Shown: positions 27,722 to 42,798, counted from the first letter of the stretch. The stretch: DNA of 64,000 nt from Microthyrium microscopicum (GCA_010405405.1 MU004235.1:510538-574537), one strand, 5' to 3'. The notes: generated from the sequence alone by a model not told the origin. Numbers and translations: made by a program.

Positions 27722-28697
27722 AAACCGTTCACAGGTCTGATACGTTGTCCATATCGCCGTGAAGGACATGTTTTTCTTTCTTGAAGAGCGCGGCATTTTT
27801 TCAGGCATTGTTTGGAGTAGCGGCTGTGTTCTGATTATTCTTTCCTATTCTTTCAACAAATTGCGTGGTTCACCGCACCAATTTTCCTTTCCAACGGCGA
27901 AAAATTCTCTCTCGTCAAAAACATACTCCTGCGATAAATGATACGACGAGACCAATGTATCATCAACCTAAATTGGGCGGCTCAATTGCTTTTACAGACT
28001 CAACTTCCGAGTCTTGCATTGCTACACTTGGCAGCTGGTATGGCTCACGCCTCGCACGAAACCACTAATACCTCTTTTCCTCACTGGAACAACTAGACCG
28101 GCGGCAAATTGTCTTTTATCTCGAATCGTCTCCCAGCACACACAAGGGTGGCGACATTGTTCATATCGTTCGCGAGGCGGTCACATACCGCACATCGTTA
28201 TTTCATGACTGGGCCACCACGCGCAGCATGTCTCTTTTCGTTTCACATCGCGTCTTCAGAATAGCATCGGTAGGCTTCTTGAAGAAGGAAGCCTTTTTCT
28301 TTTTTCCGCGTTTGTTTTCGTTCTTTCGCGCATTCATTAGCGTTTTGTACATATCATAGCAAGGGTAGCATTTTAGCGGGCTGCAGAGCCGGTTGTGAGG
28401 TTGGCCCGTGGATATCAGACGTAAGCAGGAGAGTCCTGGAGTTTGGCACTCATTTGCAGTGACAAAAGTCTTCGTACATGAATTCATATGCCATAAAAAA
28501 CATAAATTTGCTCTAGCTGACCAGTGCTTTCTTTAAGTGATGGACCTCAACACCATTGAAGATTCTTCACGATAGGCCTAATTAGGAATCCTGGACGCCA
28601 CCATTTTCCACGTGACGTACTCCTCAATCCCCTTTCGACGACCCGTTTCAATCTTGCTCTTCAATCAAAAAACCCGTCAGACCCTTCAGTCACTGTA

Positions 28698-30831
28698 ATG
28701 CCACCTTCAGTTACTTGTCCAATCTGCAATAATCTCGATCCGCGCAACCACCCATCTTCAAGGCATCGCGATACCCCTGGCCGCAACGCCTCCGCCAGCC
28801 AAGATGTCTCCCTCTATCTACCACTAGACGCGCTATCACTCGCCCGAACGCGTCGCAAATGTCGCTTCTGTGACGTTCTTGTGCAGGCGCTTGATGGATG
28901 TCTTCCCGACCGTGGCAGTCGGCGGGCAAAGATGGGGCTTGAGATTGGATGGAAGAAGAGCGTGCGTATCTCGGTTTTCGATGGTGGAGATGTAGTTGAG
29001 GTTTATAGGGGAAGTGGTAAGTTATTGAGTTTGCCTGGTTCGAGTTTAAATGTGTATTGATCCAATGGCGCTGTGTTTTGGATTGAGACTGGTTTGCCTG
29101 GTACCGAGTTGTTGGGTCAGCCTTGTTCTCAGCCTTATGTGTTTTCGATGATCCTCTGTTGCCTTGGACATTGCATTTGCTGATTTAGCGATAGACCAAC
29201 CATCCCCTTGGCCCGCACTGGGGTCGGTGGTAGATATACCGCGCCGAGCGGACTCGGAGGAGACGTTCGATTTTCTGAGAGCTTGCGTCGAGAAGTGCAA
29301 GCTTGACCATGAATGTACTTGTGGCGGGAGCAAAGCCAAGTCTAGGGTATCAGCTCCAGCTCGACTGTTGAAGATATCAAAAGATGGAAAATCGATCAAA
29401 TTGGTCATTTGCTCCAAGAGATCACCAGCATATGTTGCTCTTTCTCACTGCTGGGGCAATGACCTTCCAATGACAACGACACAGCAAAATCTTTCGCACC
29501 AAGAGAATGGATTTGCTGTTTCAGAGCTACCACCTCTGTATCAGGATTCTATCGAAGTAGTACGACAGCTTGGGTTGGAGCACATATGGATTGATTCTCT
29601 TTGCATTGTGCAGGACTTAATCCAAGACTGGACTAAAGAGAGTACAAAAATGGCCGCAATCTACTCGGATGCAGACTTTACCATTGCAGCAACAGGTACA
29701 AAGGACAGCTCTCACCGGTTTCTTGACTCCACGAGGAAAAGAGCTCGCGTTAGCTACACCAATACAAAAGACAAGAAGTTTGTACTCAGGTCTCGGCTAG
29801 TCCAGAGTCACCATCCGAAACTTGATTTGAAGCGGCCAGCGGCACTGATAGGCCCATTGACACACCGCGCATGGACGCTTCAGGAGCATGTCATGTCAAC
29901 TCGCATCTTCCACTTCACCGCTTCTGAAGTTGTCTTTGAGTGCTGTGCCTCATTTTCATGCCAGTGCAAACCGACATTGAAGAAGTGGCCAACCACACCT
30001 GGTATCTTCCAAGAAATCTCTTCATGCAAATCTGCTCGACTTAAGCATGAAGAGTGGCATCGCCTGGTTGAGCAATATACCCGTCGCAGTCTAACTCGGC
30101 CAGCAGACAAGTTCCCTGCACTTTCTGGCCTGGCTAGTGAATTTCAAGGCCTAGTAAACTCAAAGTATTGTGCTGGTCTTTGGGAGAGCAACTTCTTAGT
30201 GGATCTCCAATGGTTTTCAGCGCCATGGCTGGAGAGTCCAATCACGCCACAAACACTGGAGACCTATCGAGCGCCTTCCTTTTCATGGGCCAGTACGGAT
30301 ACGCAGGTTAGCTATGATCAGTACAATGACGATTACCTTGAGAGCGTGGAGTTTCTGACCAGCGTGACCGAGATCCACATTGAGACAGATCCGCTTAATA
30401 TATTTGGTGCAGTAGGACTCAACAGTTATGCTAAACTTCGAGGTCCAACAATGCACGCGACGCTTGTTGCCCCAGAGACGTCTGACGATGATAGTTTCCA
30501 CTACTTTCTCAGAATTTGTGACTATCCTTCAGCACATGTGTATCCTGACTGTCGACTAGTGGTGGATAACGACAACTCAGAGTTTCTCCGTGAAACTGAG
30601 ATTCGACGACACCGTCCTGGTGATGAATACTCGGCCTTTCAGGCAAACGTACTTTGTCTTGTCCTCTGCGTTAGTGGCAGGCTAGAGATGGCGCATGGGC
30701 TGGTTCTTGGACTGCCTTCGAGAAAACTGGGGCATAATAATCAGAGCAACACTTACGAACGAGTTGGGTACTTTTCTTGCGGAAGCGATGCGATTATGGA
30801 CGATACGGAACAAGATATTGTCCTAATATAG
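28698..30831 (+). CDS. HET (heterokaryon incompatibility, PF06985-type) domain protein; intron 29017..29194
   Basis: Motifs PARLL, YVALSHCWG, IWIDSLCIVQD, MAAIYSDADFTIAA, RAWTLQE, YCAGLW, RAPSFSWAS; N-terminal CxxC pairs. Confidence 0.93.
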
Positions 30832-30969
30832 CCTCATCACATGGCGAATAACCTTGGACGCGTTATGCAACTGGATCTTTGTTTGATTGAGAAATGTTGA
30901 AGATGCTCTTATTAGGCCTTGAGAATAAGATATTTTTAAACATTGCCCTCAAGGTCAGATGCCAGGATT

Positions 30970-32775
30970 CTAGGCGCTACAACCTTTGTCAATCTCTGAT
31001 GGACTCTCAAACTTGATTGTGGCATCATTAGGTCCACCCAATACAACCACCGTCGGTTCTATTGCAATCTATGGTCAGCATTGCATGCAAATGATGAACG
31101 GTATTGAGAAGAATGACTTACTGGCTGGATCATACAATGGCCATCCCAGCTTCTCAAGTCCATGATCTGGATCTTTGGCGAAAGCAGCCCAGGCATCTCG
31201 CATCTTCCTGGCGAGGACTTTCTCCGCTGGAGTATCTGGCCCCTTGCCCTTACGCTCAGTTGTTCCGAACAGTAATGCCAGTTCCGATCCGTGCCATGCA
31301 CCGTGGACTTGTGCTGCCTTTACTGGATCGGAATAGAGCTGGTTGTTTGGCCATTCAGCCTGGTACAGATAGCGCCAAGCAGGCACTCCGGCGTCTCTGC
31401 GAGCTTTTGCTGCCATACCGGCTGGGCAGCCAAACATGTTCTGTCGGGAGGCAGATGTGTTGGTCTTCAGACCGGCTTCATTGTTGACATTACCAACGAG
31501 GATTGGCTGCGTGAAGTCAGTAAAGCTTCTAACCATGTTATGGATCAAGAACAACTTACTCTCTTGACAAAGTTTCCCTTCTTTCTGCGGTCCGCAATGT
31601 CGGACATCACAGTCTTATCATCGTACTTTGGTCCCCAAACACCAACCTGCGAAGTACCACCGATACCTTCAGTGGCATCAAGAACCTGGTCCACCGACTT
31701 TTCTTGCAAGCAGACAAGATTTGAAGACACGGTAGCCGCTGTAACATTACCGCATCCAAGTTTAGTTGAGAGTTGAGACCAATGGTTAAGAGCAACTTCT
31801 GGTTTTCTTGCCACGTTCTCGGCCATTGATGCTGTACCAGATTGGGGAATGAAAGCGTTCACAATTGGGTCTTCAGTGTAGGCATAGGCCATGAAGTCAG
31901 CACTGGCGCCTCCAGCGGATTGTCCGAAGACCGTGATTCTTTTTGGGTCGCCACCAAAGCCTTCAATATTGTCCCTAATCCACTCAATGGCTTTACGCTG
32001 ATCAAGAAGGCCTGGATTCTTCTCTGGTAGCGCAACTCCTGGGAAACCTAGGACACCAAGACGGTAGCTGTAATCTAGATCAGAATACAGCATCAAGAAA
32101 TGCAAATGGTACTTACTTGATGCTGACAAGAATTACATCTTGCTCATCTGCGAGCTGTGCTCCAACATATGGGCTGTTATTTGCTGAACCGACAACGAAA
32201 CCTTGATCAATTAGTATCTCAAGGACTCATAGCATTCTTAGCATATTTGCACTTACCGCCACCAAAGATCCAAGCAAGAACTGCCTTCTTCTTGTCTCCA
32301 GTCTGTGGCTTTGTCCAGATATTCAGATAAAGACAATCCTCCGACTGTGGTCCCTCCGAAGCTCCCACATTCTGTGGTGACTTCGGGTCTTTACGACTTG
32401 GACGAGAAGCCGACTCGGCACAAGAGCTACCTGCTGTATCAGAAAAATTATCTGCATAGAAATTGCCGCTATAAAATCTTACTTGCTCTGTACCACAGGT
32501 TAGTCACTGCTGCTTGCTCTTAGTGGCATATAACATACATATTGAGTTGCATTTACAACAGCATTAGGTTGATCTAAAGGTAGAGGCATCTGCCATCTCA
32601 GCGCACCGACTGGTGGCCGAGCAAATGGCACACCCAAATATTCGCTGACATCTGGCTTCCACGAAGAGGCTTTACCATGGATTGTTCCACTTGTAGTCTT
32701 GACACCTTGCCCGATTTTCCACGCCGACTGGGCACTCACGACCGCAATGGAAGCTGTAATCGCTAGCAAATGCAT
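30970..32775 (-). CDS. Secreted carboxylesterase type B (cholinesterase-like alpha/beta hydrolase), multi-exon
   Basis: Signal peptide MHLLAITASIAVVSA; YLGVPFARPPVGALRW; EDCLYLNIW; NPGLLDQRKAIEW..NIEGFGGDP; nucleophile FGQSAGG; WHGSEL; last exon ends ...IDKGCSA*. Confidence 0.92.
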
Positions 32776-35700
32776 GTTTTGATAATATCGTATCTTCTTC
32801 TTACGTTACTGATCAGAAGATATTATCGTGATCGAAGGCTATTGATCATATTTCTATGAAATTTGCCAACTGTGCCATAGAGTCGGCCTGGCCGACAAAT
32901 TAACCCCGATGGCGCTTGGATCGAGACATGTTGATGAAATGTTATTAGTTACCCAATAGGGCGGGAGTTTGCGACTTTAACTGGTCAAAGTTATGTGCTT
33001 CTAATGGCTGAATGTAATATCAACTGATTGTGTAGGTGCGCAAATTTTATGGTTGATTGATTCTTATAGCGTTTAACGAAGATACTTCAAATTACGCATA
33101 TAGAAGAACTAACTCCTCTACAGATAGAGAAGGCTATTGGTAGACCTTGACATGGTAATATTAACCAATTGTCCTCTACTCATTAGAGTGAACGTCAGGT
33201 TTCACCTCTATGCTTTTCCATTTGCCCTGAGAACCACTTACGCTCTAAAGTCTTGCGCAGTTCTCTCTAGGTAAACATTGGTAATAATCATGGTTAGAAC
33301 ACGCAAGAACATGTTTATATAAACGAGAATTCAGCTCTATGTTTTGTTCCAGCACTAGACGCAAGCACTCCAAGGTCAAGGCAATATATTCTTGGAGGCG
33401 TACATGGAGAACGCATTTGGTCAACTCGTAAGTCCAAAACGATTCACGAGCTCGCTGCTAAAGTCATAATTTGTTTGTCAGTGGAACAGTGACTATCTTG
33501 AATTATTGTTGATTCAGCAAGTGAAGTTGTTTCGTACGCGTCATCATACTCTTCACTCATTATTGGAAGAAGCAGAATTGAAGTAAAGAGATTCAAACGG
33601 CATAGATCTCGAGGCTCCAGCCCGCATCCTGGAGTGGTCCTTTTATTTCAGAAATTGATAAAGGTCAAGTTTCGAGGATACGGATAATACTACGAGACAA
33701 CTTGTTTCCAAATACTGCGCATCGTCCATCACCTATCACGTCGGGAAGCACTCATGGTGATCGATACATCGATACCAAGCAGCGATCGGTGAATATTCAC
33801 AAGAAAGAAGTTTCATCAGGGTGTTTTCATGAACAAAAACTATAGATCGCAATATGCTGGATAGGATCGATCAGCGATGGTTTAAACATATTCCAGAATA
33901 TGCAGAGAAGTGGAATATACAAACAAATCGAAAGGTATTTGTCACTCTTCTCTGCGCTCCATGTTGAACTTGGAACGTTTCGACATGTTTTGGAAGAGGC
34001 TCTTCAGACTCTGAGGTGTCACAATCGTAGATCAGAGCAGCAGTGCTGCAGAAGACGGTAAGGCTTGAAGATCGCTCACCCTCGCGACGCTCTTCAACTC
34101 CTTACATTGCATGATGCAAGTACTAGCAAGTCAAAGTCCAGGATTTTTGGAAATGAATGGACTTTCGCAGAATGTCAACATGAACTACCCTACCAGGTCG
34201 AGTCAAGGCACTGCAAAAGTTTGCTCCTCGATACCCAGAAAGGCAGTAGGGGTACCAACAGGGTCTGCTGAGCTTGTACAGCACTACTACTCGAAGGTGG
34301 TGGCAGGAATCCTGGTGTCATCCTAGCACATCAGTCCGATGCGCTGAGGGAAGGCAGTTCACAACAGCGTGGGCAAGTCGGCGGCAAACGGGAGATCGCC
34401 AGAGGACAGGAGAATGTGAGGCGTGAAGGTCTACCGCTGCCGCAAGAACGAAAGACTAGCAGGGTAATTTCCATGCTCCATGTCGGCTTCTCTGCAAAGA
34501 TGTTGTGGGAATGCTCGCATGGCATCTTGCCGGGAGTGCCGCTGCTCTGTGAACATCAAGTAGTTTGCGAAACCGCCGATGTGACATTGAAAAGCTTCTA
34601 TGATGTGCTACTGTATGATCTGGTAGATCACTGTCGAGAATCTCGGTACTCCAGAATGAGAGACAATCTGGAGTAACGAGTCGATCTGAGATGGACGTCC
34701 CAATGAACTTTCAGCCTGGTAAATAGCAATTTGAAAGGTTGGAATTTCCCAGGCATGGACTCAAATTTAGAATGAGCACGCAGCCCGGCCCATCAACATG
34801 TGGTACCTGAAAGATCTTCCGAATGGTAGAAGACACGCGCGGTGCTCTTTTACACAGACCAGCTGACACTTCTAACCAAACTGGATGACTATGATCATAA
34901 CAAAAGAGCCCCGGATTATACAATCCAGTCGGGAACAGTCGACTGCTAGTAGGCGAAAGGAAACCCTGTATATTGCAATTGGAGATTGGCCACCAGTCAC
35001 ACGTGGGTGACGGCCTATGCTAACCCAAAGACAGAGATGGCCGAAGTCATTTGTTTTATGAGGCGAAACCTATCTGCCTTCCAGAAGTGATGGTGGCGTG
35101 GTGTTGTCAACAGGGGTGAACGATGTAAAGGTAGTCCATCAGCGGGTCAGGGGCTCTGATATGCCGAGTGACTGCCTCGGACCGGATTAATATAATAGAT
35201 ATTGCACCTGCTAGGCTTGGTTACGGGGCGGTTTCAACGATACCGATTGTAGGAATCAGGAAATAATGCAGAAGGCGAATGCGAAATGCGCTGATAGGCC
35301 CAGCACCGCTTCGTATGATTCTATTCTCTGACAATCCATCGTCGATTAGGGAACAACATGGCCATGGCTTTATCAATATGTCTGATTGGGGATACAACAA
35401 GGTTGACAATGAAGTTTCTGGGATAAAATCGAGATATCGATCCAAGAACGGTAATAGCAACTAGTATTATGGGAATCCAGAATCCTCCCCGGATTACCGC
35501 CCGCGCCTGGTGGGATCCTGGTGTCGACTTTGCTTTATCAAGACGTTGCTGACAGGAGGCCAATAAGAGAACAAAGTTTATGCTACTCAGGGTTCGAGGT
35601 TGATCCCGGGCGATCAAAAACTCGCTCAATATGTACCTAAGACCATGACACGTAAATAGACACACTGCTCATCTTGGGGAATAGGTCATTTGCGCTTGAC

Positions 35701-38380
35701 TTTGAGAGACATGATTTGATCGAACAGGACAGCGACCACGATAGAGTGAAGAGTACCTACACTTTGCCATTCATAATGTATTTAGATGTACTTATGATAT
35801 CATGATAACATTGATTGAAATAGGCAAAGCATTCGGCACCCCATGCTGCGATCTTCCCATTTGGGATGCTACTGCTCATGCCGACCAGCTCAGGGACAAG
35901 ACGCAACCACTTTTGCTGTGGACCTACCGCTGAACATGAATAGCTCGCGACAAACAAAGCGACACTATTGCACATGCTTTTGGGCACTTTCTCGGCTTCG
36001 ACGATGAAGAAGAGAAGAGGTTGGAAGAATAGCGGATGGCTTGGACGATCCTAACGCCACGCGGCCACAAGCGTCTTTCCCCACGTTGTTCAAAGCGGAG
36101 AATTCCACGATCCTCGATTCCTTCCGTATCGTCAAAGTTGGAAATATCCACAACCTACACGATGATTTGGGATCGATCTTGGATCTGAAGCAATCTGGTC
36201 CATCTTTAATCCCTAGGTGAGCATCACAATTGATGGATTCATTGATCCTTTTCCACTCGTATTGCGCTCTATTTTGGTTCTTCCCCAGGTTTTCTGGCCC
36301 TCACTGCAGCTTACAGTGTGCCCTCAGGCCTTCAGTGCCGCTCAGTTTGATGATGACCTGATCTGAATCAGAACGCCTCCAGTGCGCAATAGTCCAGAAA
36401 TGCAACTGCTATTCCCGGCCCAGATATACCCTCGTGAAATTGTCTCTACAATCCAGTCACTTCTGTTCTTGAGACGGTCGATTAGTGGGTTTCATACCTG
36501 CGATTATCTACAGCTATCAACAACGGTCGCCTGTCGTAAGGAGTACTCGTAGTCTCGCACAAGTACAGGAGTCAGAATGTGGGGAAATGATAGCAATTTT
36601 GTAATTTGATATGCCAGTGCTCATTCTACGTCGCTTCAGCAAATTTGAATGCCTTGCAAGAAAGTAAATTTGACATCTTGGCGAACCTGTCAATAATGTC
36701 ATTGTCGAACAAGATGCAAGTCTCATTAGCTGCATCAGGGGACAATTGCTTCTCGAAGCCTGCAGGACGCCATCTTTTGCTTATTATGGCGCCACAAGGA
36801 GGTAATGCTTGGTAAAGTCAACGGCGATGGCGTTGCCGGCGTTTTTACCCGTCTCGCTAAGGTTTAGTGGCACAGCAGACGACGCGCTCTCAACTCCAAT
36901 GCTGCACAACACCAACAACACACTTCAATGTTGGATACCTGCACACAATTGAAGAGTTTGGCCAGCCTGTCAGTGGCTTCTTCAGAAGCGTATGATGGTG
37001 GAATTGCAGGGCTCCGCACACACCAGAAGCCAGAGCCAAAAGCCAGAACCCAACGCCACGCAGGCGGCTGCTGCACGTTGCAAACGTTGCATGCTTCCGG
37101 GGGTTCCAAGGTTTCCTGTTATATTGGAGGGCGTCGGCGTCGTCCCGCGACGATGCATGCTACCAACATGCCACACGTCCAATACCTCCAAGTCTTAGCA
37201 GCAGTCCCAACATAGAAAAGTCCGCAAGAGCTAGACCTCAACTGGGAAATCAACCCTGCGGCATGACAAGTACCCGTCCAGGTACCCACGAACCAACAAC
37301 GGCTCGCGCTGCTACAGTCCCTGACAGCTTACCTACTGTACACTCTCCATCATGTCTACTTCTGCTGTCTCCAGGTGTTAACTCCAGTATCATGGTTTCT
37401 ACTCCGTATGCTGCCCCCATGGCCAATCTCTGTCGCTTCCCCTGCTATCGTCCCCCAGCCCTGGTAAGACTACTGCTTCTATCTGCTCAGTCGACTCGTG
37501 CCAGAGAATGGCCGTGATCGACCCTTGCCGCTGCTGCTCGCTTCCAGACCCACGATACGTCTTCCCCGCGACCGGTTCTGTAACTGTTGCGGGCGGCACT
37601 ACGATGCATCATCTCTGCAGCCATTTTCTACGGTTGTGTTTGATCCATGCTTTGCACTCCTCCAGGCCATGTTTTGAGACTGGAAACAAGCCAGAGAAAA
37701 CCTTTCGGTTTTGAGAACATTCTTCGAGTGGGGTCACCAAACACTCTATACCTGTCCTCGATCGTGATATACTGCGCCCGGCATTCTTGGCTCCTAGCGT
37801 GTCAAAAATATCCACAGACTTGCGGTTCAGGCGGACCTGTTACTCTATAAGGCTGCAGGTGCTATAACTGATTCCACCAAACAGTACTGTTCAGGTCGTT
37901 TACCAGCGGCCGAGGATCAGTGACCTCTTCAAGGTGCACAGTTCTTTGTTTGACCAGTGCTAGGCCGGCATATAAATGAAGCTTCCTGGGATGACAGGCG
38001 GATCTGCCTCCCCTGCCGCAAGTAAGCCAGGGACTGCTGGTATTGGTATGGTTGGACTATCTTGCCCATCGGCTGCATTTCTTCCTTGATGTATGGGCCT
38101 GTACCTCTTCTTCCAGGTCAGTCAAGCTGTTGACAACCCTTTCTCTAGGTTTGCCCAGCACCCCAACTTCACATCCCAGAATCATTTGACCAGCATAAAG
38201 TCAGTCGTCAAGCTGCGCGGATTTACATATGAACCTTCGCCCCGGCGTCCCTCTTGCGGTTCACAATACTCGTCTTATTCATTAATCCTATTGACCTGAG
38301 CGAAGATCTGTTAATACCCAGAGACCATCACCATATTGCCTTCTCATCTATCTCAGCCTTGCTTCGCCTCTTCAGAAAAC

Positions 38381-39548
38381 ATGCTTCAACTTGCCAGTAT
38401 GGTACCTGAGCGAACTGATCGCTACGAACCATCATATCAACAAACAATGCAGCCTTTATATCAAAGTCAGATGAGGCCGCAGGATACCTATTCCTATCAA
38501 CAACCTGCGCAAGTATCGCCATCATACTCGATACCGGCTCAAAAGCGGTTCGACTACGCGTACCCAAATTCTCAATCAAATCTTACCACTGTTACTCCTC
38601 CATCACCCCCTATAGATGAAAGCAAACCACCACAAACGCTACCTTCTATATCAAGTTTGCTCGGTATCACAGAGAGTATGCAAGATTCACCAAGCTCTCA
38701 CAAATACCTGCTAACAAGATTTAGATAAACAAGCAAGTCAACAAGGTCACATTCAATCAGAGCATATTCAGCACAGTCAACAAATTCCAATCCAGCACGC
38801 TGCATCTGTCATTCCTCAGCAAGAATACAGTACTGCAGATGCTTTACCACAGAGCTATGGCTCTACTGTCGTCAATGGAAGGCTTTCATTACCATCAACA
38901 CCACCACTAATGCCAGATGGCCCTCTAGACGGAAATCAGTCACCATCCACAGCCTCGACTCAATCTACAGTACCAGGCGCACAAGCTTATTACATGAGCG
39001 GATCTGTTGGCAGCATAGATCACCAACATCGAAGCGCTTATTCAGAATCTAGTATTCCAAAGCCATTAGCAATAACCTCGCAACCCACTGTTTCTCCATA
39101 CCCAACTCCTCAATACACACCATCATCCTTTGTTTCATCACCCACAGCAATGGCCGGGGGGCCATATTACACAGACAGCCACATGGTACCAAGCGCAGGG
39201 CTTTACGGCCAGCGACCACTCCCATCAAACTTTTCAGCGGCTGTTTCCATGCCATTTGGTCCACCTTCAGCAAACAGCACGACGAATCCGTGGCAGCACC
39301 ACCATTACATCAGCGCATCGAGCCAGTCAACATTCCCGCAATCACAAGATCGTTATGTGTGTCCAACATGTAACAAGGCGTTTTCACGGCCCAGTAGTTT
39401 GCGAATCCACAGTCACAGCCACACTGGCGAAAAGCCCTTCAAATGCTCACATGCTGGGTGTGGAAAGGCGTTCAGCGTACGGAGCAATATGAAACGCCAC
39501 GAACGCGGGTGTCATGCGGGAGCTGGATCATCGACATCCGGGTCTTGA
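38381..39548 (+). CDS. mtfA: C2H2 zinc-finger transcription factor, MtfA-like; intron 38676..38724
   Basis: C-terminal two fingers [57 protein letters not shown] preceded by WQHHHY; N-terminal TPPSPP and LPSISSLL. Pattern recalled as Aspergillus MtfA rather than FlbC. Confidence 0.85.
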
Positions 39549-41676
39549 ACGTGATCGTCAGATCTGTGGAATTTCCGTCTGGAAAAACCACATGGAAAAA
39601 TATTCTACGAGTTGTTCCTAATTTTATCTTGCTTGCGGAACACAAGATTACCGAAGGCCTAGTGCAGCCACATCGTGAACGTGGCGTCGAAATGCTTCAG
39701 ATGTACACTCAAGATCTGTTTCAGACCTTTGAGAAATAATGCATACAGCGTTCGAGAGATCTTCTCGCTTAGCTGAAGGTCCTATCAACTCAACTTGGGC
39801 TGAGAAGAGACGACGATGTGGTGGGTGTCAAAGGTCTGTTATTCTAATTTGATCTTCCTTCGACCTGTTTGGTCGCAGAAGATCCCTTTTTTTGTTCTAT
39901 TCTACTTTTCTCATGTTATCCATGGACTTTCTACGGCTGAAAAAGAGACATGTTGGTTACAAGTCTTTGATTTCTTTTATGTTTGCTTTACACCTTATTC
40001 CCAGCGATTCGAAATATCCGCCTACTACGCGAACCTGTATTCTATAGCAAAGCTAGGATCTCTCTGCCTCTTACATGGCAATAATGTAAATGATTCTCAT
40101 CAAATCCCATCACACAAGAAGAAAACCTCACAACCAGTATGTATGTCCGGGCTTGTCGTTTCAACAAACAATCCTTGATGGGCGCGGCCCGCCTTCGTTG
40201 TGCCTCAGGATGCCACCAAATCCCAGCAGAGTTAATATCAAGTTTATATTACCTAGCGACACATCAGAGTGCTATTTTAATTTTGATGACGAGGCCCCAA
40301 ACCCGCGCCTACCGGCAAAAATAATCTGCCCAGTGTTGAACCCTACCAACAGTTGAGAGGATGCGATTATACATCTCGTCGTCACCACGTTTGTCTGCAC
40401 CTGGCGCTCTATGCGAGTTTTCTTGCCCTCAAATGGCATGGCCAGATGATCGAAATTTGATGAGGACTCCGTAAGGATCACGTACTATGCGAATCTGATG
40501 CTGGCAATGTCGCAGGCTCGCAGCTCCAACTTGAACCCTCAGTACATTTTCTTTTCGTGAAATTATTTGATTGACTGGTAGCATTTTGACTTTTTACCAC
40601 GCGGAACAAAAATAGCAGTCTGGAGAAGACTTTACCTCTGAAATCACAGAAAAGTTGCTGAATCTCGAACGATCTGCCTACCATAAGCTTCACCTTACGT
40701 GACAAAGTTACGCGACTGCCCTGAGGTAGAAAGTGGGGCAATATACCGCACCAGATACGTCAGAAGAATCAAAGCAGGAATTAAATAGGATGAGCGATAT
40801 GGAGGATCTGAACAGCCCATCATAGCGCAGTGATCAGTGGGGTGGAAGAGCAGCAGATCAGCGACCACGATCCACGGCCATCAGGTACCGACCTAACCGG
40901 TGAACGAGTACGAAGGCCTACAACAATTCATCATAGATACACCAGCAAATAGATTGAAAAATGCGGCCCCGAAGGCGCCGACAGCAAAAGAGACTAGAGA
41001 TATGCTTATCAACAACTTGGTCGAACAAAATATGTGTCCGCCAGGCACTTCTAACCGAGAAACCGGGAGCGGCCGTGCGATACTGTTTTCAGGTACCTTT
41101 TCCGATCTTAGCTTCGGACTTTCGGTCTCTGGTTGAGCGTGGAATATGAAAAACGTGTGTAGGAGGCTTCAATATAAGGAACCATGGAGAGATTTGCACA
41201 CCCGGCGGAATGGAATTATATTGCTGAGAAAGATGGGCTAGTAGGGTCCAGTAGGGGCCTGTGATTATCCGTCTTTCGTATCGAAAAGGATCACCGGATC
41301 CCCCTGCGTCGCTCAGGAAATACATTTAATCAATATGAAAAGTGATGCGCGTTGAATTACCTGGTCTTCGGCTTGATTCTTATAATAGAAATCATATTTG
41401 TAGGCTGTATAGGGCAATGATTAATGGCACGCTCCATCTCAGGGAGATCACAGTTCAAACACTGATTTAGGTGGGAGAAATGGTAAATGGTGTGGTATAT
41501 GGGCCTGTGATCATTATGCCCTCTATTTGCAGCCAATGTAAATGCATAAAACAAGCAAGGGTCCGAAAACATGGTCGAATTTGCAAGGAGATTCTTCTGG
41601 CATTTCCGTAGAATGTCTCATTGAGAATAATTAGCACAAAGTCTTGCGACTAGCTTGGAAACCATAAGAGGACCTA

Positions 41677-42798
41677 TTAAGGACGACCAAAGTTCTTGGG
41701 AGGATCTGGAGCTGGACCCTCCGGAGTCACGTATGCCTATTGTCACCGGTTAATCTCCGACAAGCTGCGAATAGAGTATTAGGGAAGTAACAGGACGAAC
41801 CTTTGTCATGCCTCCATCGACCACAAAGTCAGTACCGTTCACAAAGCTGCTTTCGTCGCTAGCCAGAAATAGAACAGCTTGAGCTTGCTCAATTGCTTCA
41901 CCAAACCGACCAGTAGGAAAATGAATCTCCCGACGCAGTCGTTTCTCTTTATCATCGCCAAGCCAATCTTGCAATAGTGGAGTACTGGGTTAAAACATGT
42001 TAGTTTGGATCAAGGTTTCGACAAGAGCTTCAAAAATATGAAAAAGGGCGGAATACGACATACTTGAGCGGGGCGGGACACAGAGCGTTGAATCTGAAGC
42101 CCTCTCGAGCGTGAACGATGGCCAGTTCTCTCGTCATGGCCAGCACGGCACCTTTGCTTGCGGTGTAAGCCAACTGAGGAGTCGCACTGCCGACAAGCGC
42201 AACGACGCTAGCAACATTGATGATGCTCCCCTTCTTCTTGTTGTGCTTCCGCAAGCTCAGGATTGCATGCTTGCTACCAAACCAGATGCCTTTGACATTA
42301 ATGGCCATGGTAAGATCCCAGATCCGTTCAGGGGTGTTGACAGCATCATCATCGTCCTTGTGCATGATTCCAGCATTGTTGAATATCACATCTAATCCGC
42401 CCCAGGAGTCCAGGTGCTGAATAAGAGCAGCCACATCGTCTTCTCGGCTCACATCGCAGAGCTTGGTCTCAACTTTGACCGCTTTGGGAACAATGTCTAG
42501 AAGCTTTTGTTTGGCTTTATCAAGACCGGGTCCAGAGATATCTGCCATGAGGACACTGGCGCCCTCTCGAGCAAACAGCACACATGTTTCAAAGCCGATG
42601 CCACTATATTGTCCGTCAGCGTTTGAGCATAAGAAACAAAAAGCCACAATGACAAGCCAAGGTGAACGTGAAGATGTTGGATAGGGCATTGATAGTGCGA
42701 TAGCGCCTATCTCTAGCGAATACTCACCCAGCGGCTCCAGTCACCACGGCGTTTTTGCCAGCGAGTCTACCAGATGGACTGGCGATAGTTTCGGACAT
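41677..42798 (-). CDS. Short-chain dehydrogenase/reductase (classical SDR), 3 introns
   Basis: After splicing: [23 protein letters not shown], catalytic YTASK within [39 protein letters not shown]. Confidence 0.93.

Noticed and set aside
34065..34676. Run of + strand ORFs upstream of mtfA
   Set aside because: No motif and no convincing start or splice structure.
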